Assembly (NCBI GenBank): GCA_963827655.1
Contig: CAWHCF010000031.1
Location: 32,001 to 96,000 of the forward strand
Direction of reading: 5' to 3'
Length of the DNA: 64,000 bases
From: an uncultured Acidobacteriota bacterium
Lineage (GTDB): Bacteria > Acidobacteriota > UBA6911
Shown: in pieces, positions 20,582 to 28,341 of the stretch
How positions within the stretch are numbered: the stretch's first letter is position 1
Layout of the letters: the number at the start of each line of letters is the position of its first letter
Made by a program: the position numbers and the translations under genes
The notes under the pieces: model-generated
What the model saw: the letters and a program-made list of their open reading frames with translations, nothing else
What the model was told of the DNA's origin: nothing
Database searches by the model: none

Positions 20582-21369
20582 AGGATGTCGAAACCCCGGC
20601 GCCGTCGGAACCTGGTCTGGAGGAACCCGAAGCTGAAAACGGCAAGATGTCGTTCCTCGAGCACCTCGATGAACTGCGTCAGCGCCTTCTCCGCATCATC
20701 ATATACGTCGGCGTAGGTTTTCTCTCCTCCTTCTATTTCGCTCAAAATATTTACAATTTCATGTCGCAACCGGTCATGGCGGTTCTCCCTCCGGGGCAGA
20801 AGCTGGTATTTACCAGCCTGCCCGATCCATTCCGGCTGTATATGAAGGTTGCCATACTCGCCGGAATATTCCTCACCAGCCCCTTCATTCTCTACGAAGT
20901 GTGGAAGTTTATTTCTCCGGGTCTTTACCGGAAGGAGAAGAAGTTTGCCATCCCTTTTCTTGTCTCCTCAGTGCTTCTGTTCGTCGGCGGAGGCGCTTTC
21001 GCCTTCTACATTGTTCTACCGAGGGCGTACGGATTCCTGGTGAAGTGGGGCGATCCATTTCAGCCGATGATTACCGTCAATGAGTACCTTGATTTAACCA
21101 ACACGATCATTCTGGGATTCGGGCTGATCTTTGAAATGCCTGTGATCGTGGCGTTCCTCTCGATCTTCGGGCTCGTCTCCGCCAAGTTCCTCTGGCGCAA
21201 GTTCAAATACGCCGTCCTCCTCATATTTATCGCTGCAGCATTCCTGTCTCCCACGCCTGACGCACTCACTCAATGCATTTACGCCGGTCCGATGGTGATT
21301 CTGTACTTGATCAGCATCGGCGTGGCTTGGGTATTCGGCCGGCGGCGCAAAGCTCTTGGCCTCGACTAA
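20578..21369 (+). CDS. tatC: Twin-arginine translocase subunit TatC
   Basis: MSFLEHLDELRQRL, WKFISPGLY..EK, FGLIFEMP, SPTPD. Confidence 0.95.
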   Translation: MKDVETPAPSEPGLEEPEAENGKMSFLEHLDELRQRLLRIIIYVGVGFLSSFYFAQNIYNFMSQPVMAVLPPGQKLVFTSLPDPFRLYMKVAILAGIFLTSPFILYEVWKFISPGLYRKEKKFAIPFLVSSVLLFVGGGAFAFYIVLPRAYGFLVKWGDPFQPMITVNEYLDLTNTIILGFGLIFEMPVIVAFLSIFGLVSAKFLWRKFKYAVLLIFIAAAFLSPTPDALTQCIYAGPMVILYLISIGVAWVFGRRRKALGLD

Positions 21370-21843
21370 GTTGGCTGGTCCATAATTACGGTAACGTATT
21401 GGGCAGAACGGTGAGAGTCGACTCTGTTGTAGCCCAGGGCCGAAGGCCCGTCAGTGAGTAGCCCCGCCTGTGGAGAGTGAAAAGTAAAAAGTGCTGAGGG
21501 GAAAGTAGGCAGGCGAAGCGATGGGGAGAGAAAGAGAGTGGAACGGTTTGAGGATCTGATTGGGTCTGTGGCGCGGGCATCAGACCCGCGCGTTGGATGC
21601 ACATCGTAAGTTCGTACGCGTTCTTGCGATCTCTTGAACGCGATCCTCGTGAAGAAGCGGCAGATCGGCTGACGTGAAATGCACGGGTCTATGACCCGCG
21701 CCACACAAGCCAAAGAGCTCACGGTCAATCGAGACCGTTCGCTGAATTTTTTCACAGCTTCTAAGGGCGGAGTTCAGTTAAGATCCTCCTGACATGAGGC
21801 CGGACGGATGATAGCCCGTCCGCACATGGATCGGGAGAGGCTT

Positions 21844-21956
21844 GCTGGCTTTGTTGCTCGCTCCTCGCGTACCGCGCGGGTACGCATCGTCGCTCGCGCC
21901 TCGCAGCGGGCCTGGGGGCCTGCGGCAGAATGCGAACTTGTTTCTGCGCGAACCCT
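21844..21956. mobile_element. Right half of the 3360-3594 MITE-like element
   Basis: Near-identical to 3480-3594 including right TIR CAGAATGCGAACTTGTTTCTGCGCGAACCCT. Confidence 0.75.
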
Positions 21957-21987
21957 GACTAACAGATTTCCGGCACGCGAAGAAACG

Positions 21988-23022
21988 CTAATGGACGCAG
22001 GATTCTTCGAAGTCCGAGCCGGGCGCCTCGTGCAGTTCGGTCTCGCCCCCTGGGTCCGGGGTACGGGAGAGGAAATCGCTCACCGCCTCGAGCAGTTCCT
22101 CGGGAGAGCGCGAGGCATGGATCTTGTCACGCAAGGATGCGCCTCCCGGGATGCCTTTAGACAGATAGCCTCCCATCTTTTTCATCTTGCCGATGGCAAC
22201 CGGCGCGGGCACTTCGTTGTAAACCCGGTTGAGGAAACGGAGGATGAACGAGCGCTTCTCTTCCAGAGTCACCGGGACAGACTCACTCCCCCTCAGATGG
22301 TCGTAACACTGGCGGATCAGCCAGGGATTCGATAGGACTCCTCGACCCATCATTACGCCATCGACCCCGGTTTCGCGAAACATGCGCTTCGCGTCGGCCG
22401 GAGAAAAGACATCTCCGTTTCCCATGATCGGAATGCGCGCCTTTTCCTTCACCCGCGCGATCACCGACCAGTCAGCCCGTCCCGAGAACATGTCGCAACG
22501 AGCCCTTCCATGGATCGCCAGAGCCTCGACGCCGCAGTCTTCAGCCAGACCCAGGACCTCGACGGCGTTCACGCTGGCCCGGTCCCAGCCGGTCCGTATC
22601 TTGACGGTAAGTGGCATGGTGACAGCCCTTCGCACCTCTTTGAAGATCCGTTCGAGAAGGGGAAGGTCTCGAAGGAGATTGCTGCCACCGCCCTGCTTGA
22701 CTACCTTCTTGACCGGGCATCCCAGGTTTATGTCCACTATATCAGCGCCCATTTCCTGGACCATCCCGGCGGACGCCGCCATGCGGACAGGATCCGAGCC
22801 GAAGATCTGAATTGAGACGGGGCGCTCGGAGTCTTCAAAGCGGGTAAGGTGCAGGGTTCGATCCAGGTGCCGGGTCATTCCTTCGGTGCTTACTAACTCT
22901 GAAACGACCAGGCCGCAACCCCCCAGACCTTTGACCGCCTGGCGAAAAAGAGTGTCCGTGTGTCCGGCTACAGGGGCCAGAATCAAGGGCGGGTCGATTG
23001 CCAGGTTTCGTATCTTGAACAT
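21988..23022 (-). CDS. dusB: tRNA-dihydrouridine synthase B
   Basis: ILAPVAG.TD, QIFGSDP, DINLGCP..KV, TVKIRTGWD, IHGR, GNGD, GVMMGRG..NPW; extended -10 TGCTATAAT 9 nt upstream of ATG. Confidence 0.9.
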   Translation of the reverse strand: MFKIRNLAIDPPLILAPVAGHTDTLFRQAVKGLGGCGLVVSELVSTEGMTRHLDRTLHLTRFEDSERPVSIQIFGSDPVRMAASAGMVQEMGADIVDINLGCPVKKVVKQGGGSNLLRDLPLLERIFKEVRRAVTMPLTVKIRTGWDRASVNAVEVLGLAEDCGVEALAIHGRARCDMFSGRADWSVIARVKEKARIPIMGNGDVFSPADAKRMFRETGVDGVMMGRGVLSNPWLIRQCYDHLRGSESVPVTLEEKRSFILRFLNRVYNEVPAPVAIGKMKKMGGYLSKGIPGGASLRDKIHASRSPEELLEAVSDFLSRTPDPGGETELHEAPGSDFEESCVH

Positions 23023-23107
23023 GGGGTGCGCATTATAGCAATAATTGTGGGCGTCCCCCACCGTTCCTCGTTTATTGCCGGCAACGCGGGGGAGAAACGA
23101 GGTAGCC

Positions 23108-23845
23108 ATGTGTGCTGTTCCCAATTCTCTGATGCAGGTATGGAGGGAATATCTCGACCAGTACGCAGATCATGAAGGAGACGTGAAGCGGCAGATCATC
23201 GTCGCCGCCTACCATGGCGCCGGGATATTCGGTTCGCTCTCAAGAACACTCGACCGCGCAGGCAGGTATAAAACTCTTATTAACGAAAGAATAGCGGGAT
23301 TTGAAGAGGGTTCATCCAAAGCGCAGGACTTTGAGGACTGCATGCTCGTTGCTACCTTTACGCTGTACAACCATTTCAACACTCTCGGTCATCAGTTCAC
23401 CGGCGGCAGCCAGCAGGCTGAGGAACTCATGGCAGAGCTGGACGAGCAAGTAAAAGCAAGGATTGAGTCGTCCGGGCAGATCGAGAGGTCTTGCGCGGCG
23501 GTTCGCGCCTGCTTTCCGTTATTGAGTCTCATAACTCTGGCAGCGGACCAGAGCCAGAGTGTGACCCCTTCCATTCGAAAGGTCGAACAACGATTCGCTG
23601 CGGGAGCCGCCCGCGCTACAACACCCTGGGAGCATCTTTTAAACAGTCTTTATCGTACTGTTGAGATGATGCAGATCTTTGTCATCCTCTCCGACAGCGA
23701 ACTGAAGGGCGAGGTTCAGGAAATTGCCTCCCGGTTTCAGGAAGAGGACAAGGCTTCAGACTATTATTTGAAGACCCGCAACGGTTTTTGTCGGCTTTTT
23801 GAGCTGGGTCATCTTCTGACCGCACGTTTGGACCAAACACTCTGA
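23108..23845 (+). CDS. Hypothetical all-helical protein
   Basis: Open 245-codon frame with SD-like GAGG upstream; no recognisable family. Confidence 0.65.
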   Translation: MCAVPNSLMQVWREYLDQYADHEGDVKRQIIVAAYHGAGIFGSLSRTLDRAGRYKTLINERIAGFEEGSSKAQDFEDCMLVATFTLYNHFNTLGHQFTGGSQQAEELMAELDEQVKARIESSGQIERSCAAVRACFPLLSLITLAADQSQSVTPSIRKVEQRFAAGAARATTPWEHLLNSLYRTVEMMQIFVILSDSELKGEVQEIASRFQEEDKASDYYLKTRNGFCRLFELGHLLTARLDQTL

Positions 23846-23963
23846 TTCATGGCCGTGACTCTCCGCGTTTCTTGAGTCTTCGTGTCTTTGAGGTTGACAC
23901 CAAGAAACGCGAAGCAACTTGAAACGTGTTACAATCGGGCAATTCCTCAGGGAGGGGCGCGAG

Positions 23964-24608
23964 GTGTGGAAGAAAGTCGCTTTGATTCTGGCGCTGGTGG
24001 CGCTCCTGATCGGCGGCGTATTGATCCACCGGATGGGGGGCCCCGCGAATATCATTAATCGCTTGCGCTACGACCAGCGAGTCGAAGGCGACCTGAAAGT
24101 CGGAGACAGAGCCCCCGACGTGGCTTTGACAGCGCTCGACGGCGAAACTCGCCTGAGTCTGCAGGCCTACATCGATAACAAACCTCTCGTTTTGATTTTC
24201 GGAAGCTATACTTGACCTCCTTTTCGACGCTCGGTCGAGCAGATCACGAAAATCTATCAGGAGTACAAGGACCGGGTGAATTTTCTGACCGTCTATATAA
24301 AGGAAGCGCATCCTTTGGATGAATGGCAGGTGACGGCCAATGAGAAGCAGGGAGTCTGCTATGCGCAGCCCAAATCACTCGCGGCCAGGGTGGCTATCGC
24401 TCGGGATTTTACCAGCCGATTCAACTATCCGCTCCCGCTTGCGATCGATGGAATGGATAATCGCGCGAATGAGCTCTACGCCGGCTGGCCGGAGCGGCTT
24501 TACATCGTCGACGAGAAGGGGACTGTAGTTTATAAAGGGAAACCGGGGCCGTATGGCTATCATCCCGAAGAAGTAGCGGGATGGCTGGCGCGGCGGTTCT
24601 CCTCGTAG
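23964..24608 (+). CDS. Iodothyronine deiodinase-like thioredoxin-fold selenoprotein (in-frame UGA = Sec at 24213-24215)
   Basis: Two track ORFs are in one frame joined by TGA: KPLVLIFGSYT-U-PPF; also VYIKEAHPLDEW, YAGWPERLY, GKPGPYGY; N-terminal TM anchor; GGAGG SD before GTG 23964. Confidence 0.88.
24223..24240 (+). promoter_or_regulatory. Candidate bacterial SECIS hairpin
   Basis: Just 3' of the UGA: TCGAC-GCTCG-GTCGA (24224-24238) or GCTC-GGTC-GAGC (24229-24240). Confidence 0.5.
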
Positions 24609-24712
24609 AACCATGGCCGTGTCTTCCGGGGCGGATCCTCGCATCCTTCGTTGCCGGCGCCGCTACCACGAAGACTGAAGCAACCTAGAGACTTTTCTGG
24701 ATTGATCACGAC

Positions 24713-25507
24713 TTGAACTCCGATCTCGAATTTGCCATCAAGACCGTCAAGGCGGCGGGTGAGCTGATTCTCAAGTATTTTCGAGGCGCGCACGAGGTCC
24801 GGGAAAAAGGACGGAACAACCCTGTCACCTCCGCCGATTTAGCTGCGGACTCACATCTGCGGGAGGCAATCGCGCGAGCCTTTCCCGACGACGGCTGGCT
24901 GTCGGAAGAGACAGCCGATTCTCCTGATAGGCTCGACCGCAAAAGAGTATGGGTAGTTGATCCGATGGACGGAACCAAGGAGTTTGTTCAGGGTCTGCCT
25001 GAATTTGCGGTGTCCGTTGCTCTGGTCGAACAGGAAAAACCGAAGCTCGCGGTGGTTTACAATCCGGCGCGAGACGATCTCTTCGCAGCCGAGGCGGGCT
25101 ATGGGGCGTTTCGCGGGAATTCTCGCCTCCAGATCTCGGCACGCCGCGTTCTTCAGCAGGCCCATGTCCTCGGTAGCCGCTCCGAGGCTACTCAAAAGTT
25201 GCTGGATCCGCTGCGCGAGTGGGGCACAGTGCAAACCATCGGGAGCATCGCGTACAAACTCGCTCTCGTGGCGGCACAGGAGGGTGATATCACGGTGAGC
25301 TTTCGTCCCAAGAACGAATGGGACATATGCGCCGGGACTTTGCTGGTGAGCGAGGCGGGCGGCATAGTAACCGATCTTCGAGGCAATAGCCTGCGATTCA
25401 ATCAACCGAAAACACTCGTCCATGGAATCATTGCCGCCAACCCAACGCTTCACACCCACGCACTCCAGTGGATTCGAGAGCGACCGGAACTTCAGTCCAC
25501 GGTCTAA
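24713..25507 (+). CDS. Inositol monophosphatase family / 3'(2'),5'-bisphosphate nucleotidase CysQ-like
   Basis: PVTSADLA, LSEE, WVVDPMDGTKEF, EWDICAG..LV.EAGG. Confidence 0.88.
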   Translation: MNSDLEFAIKTVKAAGELILKYFRGAHEVREKGRNNPVTSADLAADSHLREAIARAFPDDGWLSEETADSPDRLDRKRVWVVDPMDGTKEFVQGLPEFAVSVALVEQEKPKLAVVYNPARDDLFAAEAGYGAFRGNSRLQISARRVLQQAHVLGSRSEATQKLLDPLREWGTVQTIGSIAYKLALVAAQEGDITVSFRPKNEWDICAGTLLVSEAGGIVTDLRGNSLRFNQPKTLVHGIIAANPTLHTHALQWIRERPELQSTV

Positions 25508-25677
25508 TCCGCAAGGCTTTGCGCTTCTCCCTTCGTCGAGTACCTCCAAAAAACTGCGGAAAATTCAATATATTGTTGTCTCGGCCATCAAATGGGTGCG
25601 GAGTCAAAACCTGGCTCTTCATCCGAAGATCCCCGCGGGCAAAGACTTAGCGAAGTCGATTCCAAGAGCCGTGCAAC

Positions 25678-25693
25678 TGGCACAAGACATGCA
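25678..25693 (+). promoter_or_regulatory. sigma54-type -24/-12 promoter
   Basis: TGGCAC-AAGAC-ATGCA, GG-N10-GC spacing exact, one mismatch to TGGCAC-N5-TTGCW. Confidence 0.55.
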
Positions 25694-25703
25694 TTGTATA
25701 GAA

Positions 25704-25845
25704 TCGTAATTTCCCGTGATCCAAGCTCGGGTCCCGAACTGGTGACATTAGCAAGGAGGATTCGCGGTCCCTTCCCGCGATGCCAGGGATCTCTGAAGCG
25801 ATGAGGCCGTGATTCGGGAGCCGAGCTTGGTAACCTCCTACCTCA
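25704..25845 (+). ncRNA. Candidate structured small RNA (unassigned)
   Basis: 17/18-bp closing stem 25721-25738/25813-25830 with inner hairpin, downstream of sigma54 motif, between convergent genes. Confidence 0.35.
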
Positions 25846-25861
25846 ATACAACGACTTCAAG

Positions 25862-26275
25862 CTAGAGCAAGAACTCCTCGATCGGAGCTTCTTCCTCGGT
25901 CTTGCGGTTGGGAATCTCCACTGCCGCTGCGCTGGGAGCCGCCGAACCGGCCTGGGGCGAGCCTTTCTTACTTACGAATCGTAAGAAGTCGGCTCTGGAG
26001 CCACTGAAATAGGTTTCGACGATGTGTCCGATGACCCCCTCCAGCGCTTCGTCCGACCTGATGGCCGGGGTGTACACGTAAGCTTTGCCTCGCTTGTGCT
26101 GGTTCAGAATCCCCTTGCGCCGCATCTTGTCCAGAACCGTCATTACCGTCGTATAGGCAAGGTCGCGCTGCGGGTTCACTTTCTTCCAGATCTCTTTGAC
26201 GCTCCCTTCACCCAGGCTCCAGAGGATTCGCATCAGTTCGAATTCCCCAGGGGTCAAATGAGTGGCTCGTTTCAT
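25862..26275 (-). CDS. BlaI/MecI/CopY family transcriptional regulator
   Basis: E.ELMRILW, LAYTTVMTVLDKM..KG.L...KRGKAYVY. Confidence 0.9.
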   Translation of the reverse strand: MKRATHLTPGEFELMRILWSLGEGSVKEIWKKVNPQRDLAYTTVMTVLDKMRRKGILNQHKRGKAYVYTPAIRSDEALEGVIGHIVETYFSGSRADFLRFVSKKGSPQAGSAAPSAAAVEIPNRKTEEEAPIEEFLL

Positions 26276-26319
26276 TGTTACTTACTGGCGCGGCGCCCGG
26301 TCGAACCGGTTTCGGAAGA

Positions 26320-27282
26320 TTACTTCGTCTCGGTGAAGATCTGAATGTACGCGTCCTCCTTCAGCTGGGCAACGAACCTCTTTAGCTCTGGGTTGAACTT
26401 CTGGCTCCACATTCGCTCTTGAATCTCCTTCTTGACTTCCTCAAGAGGTTGGACGCTGGCAGTCTTGCGCGTATCGACTCGATAGATGACAAGTCCCTCT
26501 TTAGTCTTCATGACCGGCGTGATTTCTCCCTCCTTCACCGGGGCAATGGCCTTGGCGATGTCGGGGTGCAGCTTGGCCGTCACGTAGCTCCCGATGCCCC
26601 CTCCTTTGCTCGCACTGATTCCCTTGGAGAACTGGCTTGCCAGGGTGGCGAAGGGTTCGCCTTGACTCAGGCGCTTGCGGACCTCGTTCGCTTTGGTTTC
26701 GGCTTCCGAAGCGTCTCCCTCAATCGGAATGATAATTTCGCTCAGGGTCACTTCTTCCGGAGTAGAAAAATCCTGGGCGTGGTCTTTGTAGTACTTCTCG
26801 ATTTCGGGCGCGAGCAGCGTGATGCGGGAGCCAACGAATTCCTGTATCAGGCTGTTGATGATGATCTGCCGGCGGATTCTTTCCCGGAAGGCCGGGAGCG
26901 TCATGCCTTGCTGGGAGAGCGCGCGCTCGAAGTCCTCTGTGTCTTTTATTTTGTTATCGGCCATGATCTTCTGAATGTAAGCGGAGACCTGGACGTCGAC
27001 GTTAGCGCTGAAGCCAAGCTCGTTAGCCTTTTGGATCAGCAGTTTTTCTTGAATCAGACTCTCCAGCGCTCCCTGCTCCGCCTTTTTGATCTCCTGCTCC
27101 AACTGCTCGCCTGTGAACTGGGTTTTCAACTGGTCGCGAATCTCGACCAGCTCGCGGTTAAGGTCCGAAAGAGTGATGATGTCGTCATTGACCTGAGCAA
27201 CGATGCGGTCGACCGTCTTGGCCGGCGCAGCCCACGACACCAGCAAAAGGACCAAGATTTGCCCCATAACGAATCTCTTCAT
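26320..27282 (-). CDS. surA: SurA-like periplasmic chaperone/parvulin PPIase
   Basis: VDRIVAQVNDDIITLSD, LIQEKLLIQKA, FATLASQFS...GGGIG. Confidence 0.8.
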   Translation of the reverse strand: MKRFVMGQILVLLLVSWAAPAKTVDRIVAQVNDDIITLSDLNRELVEIRDQLKTQFTGEQLEQEIKKAEQGALESLIQEKLLIQKANELGFSANVDVQVSAYIQKIMADNKIKDTEDFERALSQQGMTLPAFRERIRRQIIINSLIQEFVGSRITLLAPEIEKYYKDHAQDFSTPEEVTLSEIIIPIEGDASEAETKANEVRKRLSQGEPFATLASQFSKGISASKGGGIGSYVTAKLHPDIAKAIAPVKEGEITPVMKTKEGLVIYRVDTRKTASVQPLEEVKKEIQERMWSQKFNPELKRFVAQLKEDAYIQIFTETK

Positions 27283-28256
27283 GGGGTATTTCCTCCTCGG
27301 GTGGAAACTCGAGTTCCAAGATAATTGAAGTCCAGTTTATCTCGATGGATCTCCACCGGTATTTGGTTCATTAATGATTGCAACTCGGCCTTAAGTATAC
27401 CGCGCTCGCGTTCCAATCGCAGCTTTTCGTGAATCTGATCCCTGACTTCATAAAAGTGCTGCTGGTGGGCGAGAATCCTCTCCTCGACCAAAAAGATATG
27501 GAAACCGTACTGGGTCCGCACGATCTTGCTGGTCGTTGCCGGTGCCAGATGAAACACGGCTTTCTCGAAGACTTCGGGAAGGTCTCCTCTCTGGAAGCTT
27601 CCGAGCTCCCCCCCGTCTACCGCGCCGGGCGCCTTTGAATAAAGCCTGGCGAGCTCGCTAAAGTTCTTGTTCTGGCCGGCCTTTAGCGCGTCCAGGATCT
27701 TCTGGGCCTGATTCAGGTCGTCGACCAGGATCTCCCGGAGATGCACCTCATCATTGCGAATGTATTCCGCGAGATGTTCTTTGTAAAAATCCTCACACTC
27801 TTTTTCGCTGACGGAAACGTCCTTGAACAAGAAATTGTAAATGTAACGTTGCACTTGCAAGCTCTCCGCCAGACTTCGCTCCAGTTCGGGATCGCGACCC
27901 ACATCCTGCCGGTTTACGTTGGTTTCAGAGATTCTGTCCATCATCGACTTCAACATTTGAGGATCCGGATTTATTTTGAAACGCTCCGCCTGGTGAAGCA
28001 GAAGTTTTTCGTCAATGAAAGCGTCGAGCAGGTTCGATTTCACCTTGTCGGCGTAGGCAGGATCCCGGAAGTCACTGAGCCGGGTGTCAAAGAATCGCTG
28101 GAGGTCGGCCTTGCTGAACTTCTTCTGGCCCACCCGTACTGCGACACTCCCGTCATCATCGGGGCTGAGTAGATTTCTGACACGATCCGCAAATCCACAC
28201 CCGGACAGGAACAGCAATAGGATCGGCGCCAGCCCTTGAATAGGCTTTGCGATCAT
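27279..28256 (-). CDS. PpiC-type peptidyl-prolyl isomerase lipoprotein
   Basis: Lipobox LSGC; HLREILV, FSELARLYS, GGELG.F, TQYGFHIF. Confidence 0.85.
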   Translation of the reverse strand: MIAKPIQGLAPILLLFLSGCGFADRVRNLLSPDDDGSVAVRVGQKKFSKADLQRFFDTRLSDFRDPAYADKVKSNLLDAFIDEKLLLHQAERFKINPDPQMLKSMMDRISETNVNRQDVGRDPELERSLAESLQVQRYIYNFLFKDVSVSEKECEDFYKEHLAEYIRNDEVHLREILVDDLNQAQKILDALKAGQNKNFSELARLYSKAPGAVDGGELGSFQRGDLPEVFEKAVFHLAPATTSKIVRTQYGFHIFLVEERILAHQQHFYEVRDQIHEKLRLERERGILKAELQSLMNQIPVEIHRDKLDFNYLGTRVSTRGGNTP

Positions 28257-28341
28257 CGCACTAACCACGAAGGCTCCAAGACACCAAGAAACGCGAAGCC
28301 ATAGTAACTCAATCCTGACCCCCAAAGACGCAAGCTTTCCT

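Noticed and set aside
21745-21790. Possible IS/MITE ends (TTTTTTCACAGCTTCT; GGCGGAGTTCAGTTAAG)
   Set aside because: No matching partner end or transposase seen in the window
23919-24608. Two separate small genes or a nonsense pseudogene
   Set aside because: The stop falls exactly at the catalytic Sec position of the deiodinase motif, in frame, with a hairpin downstream
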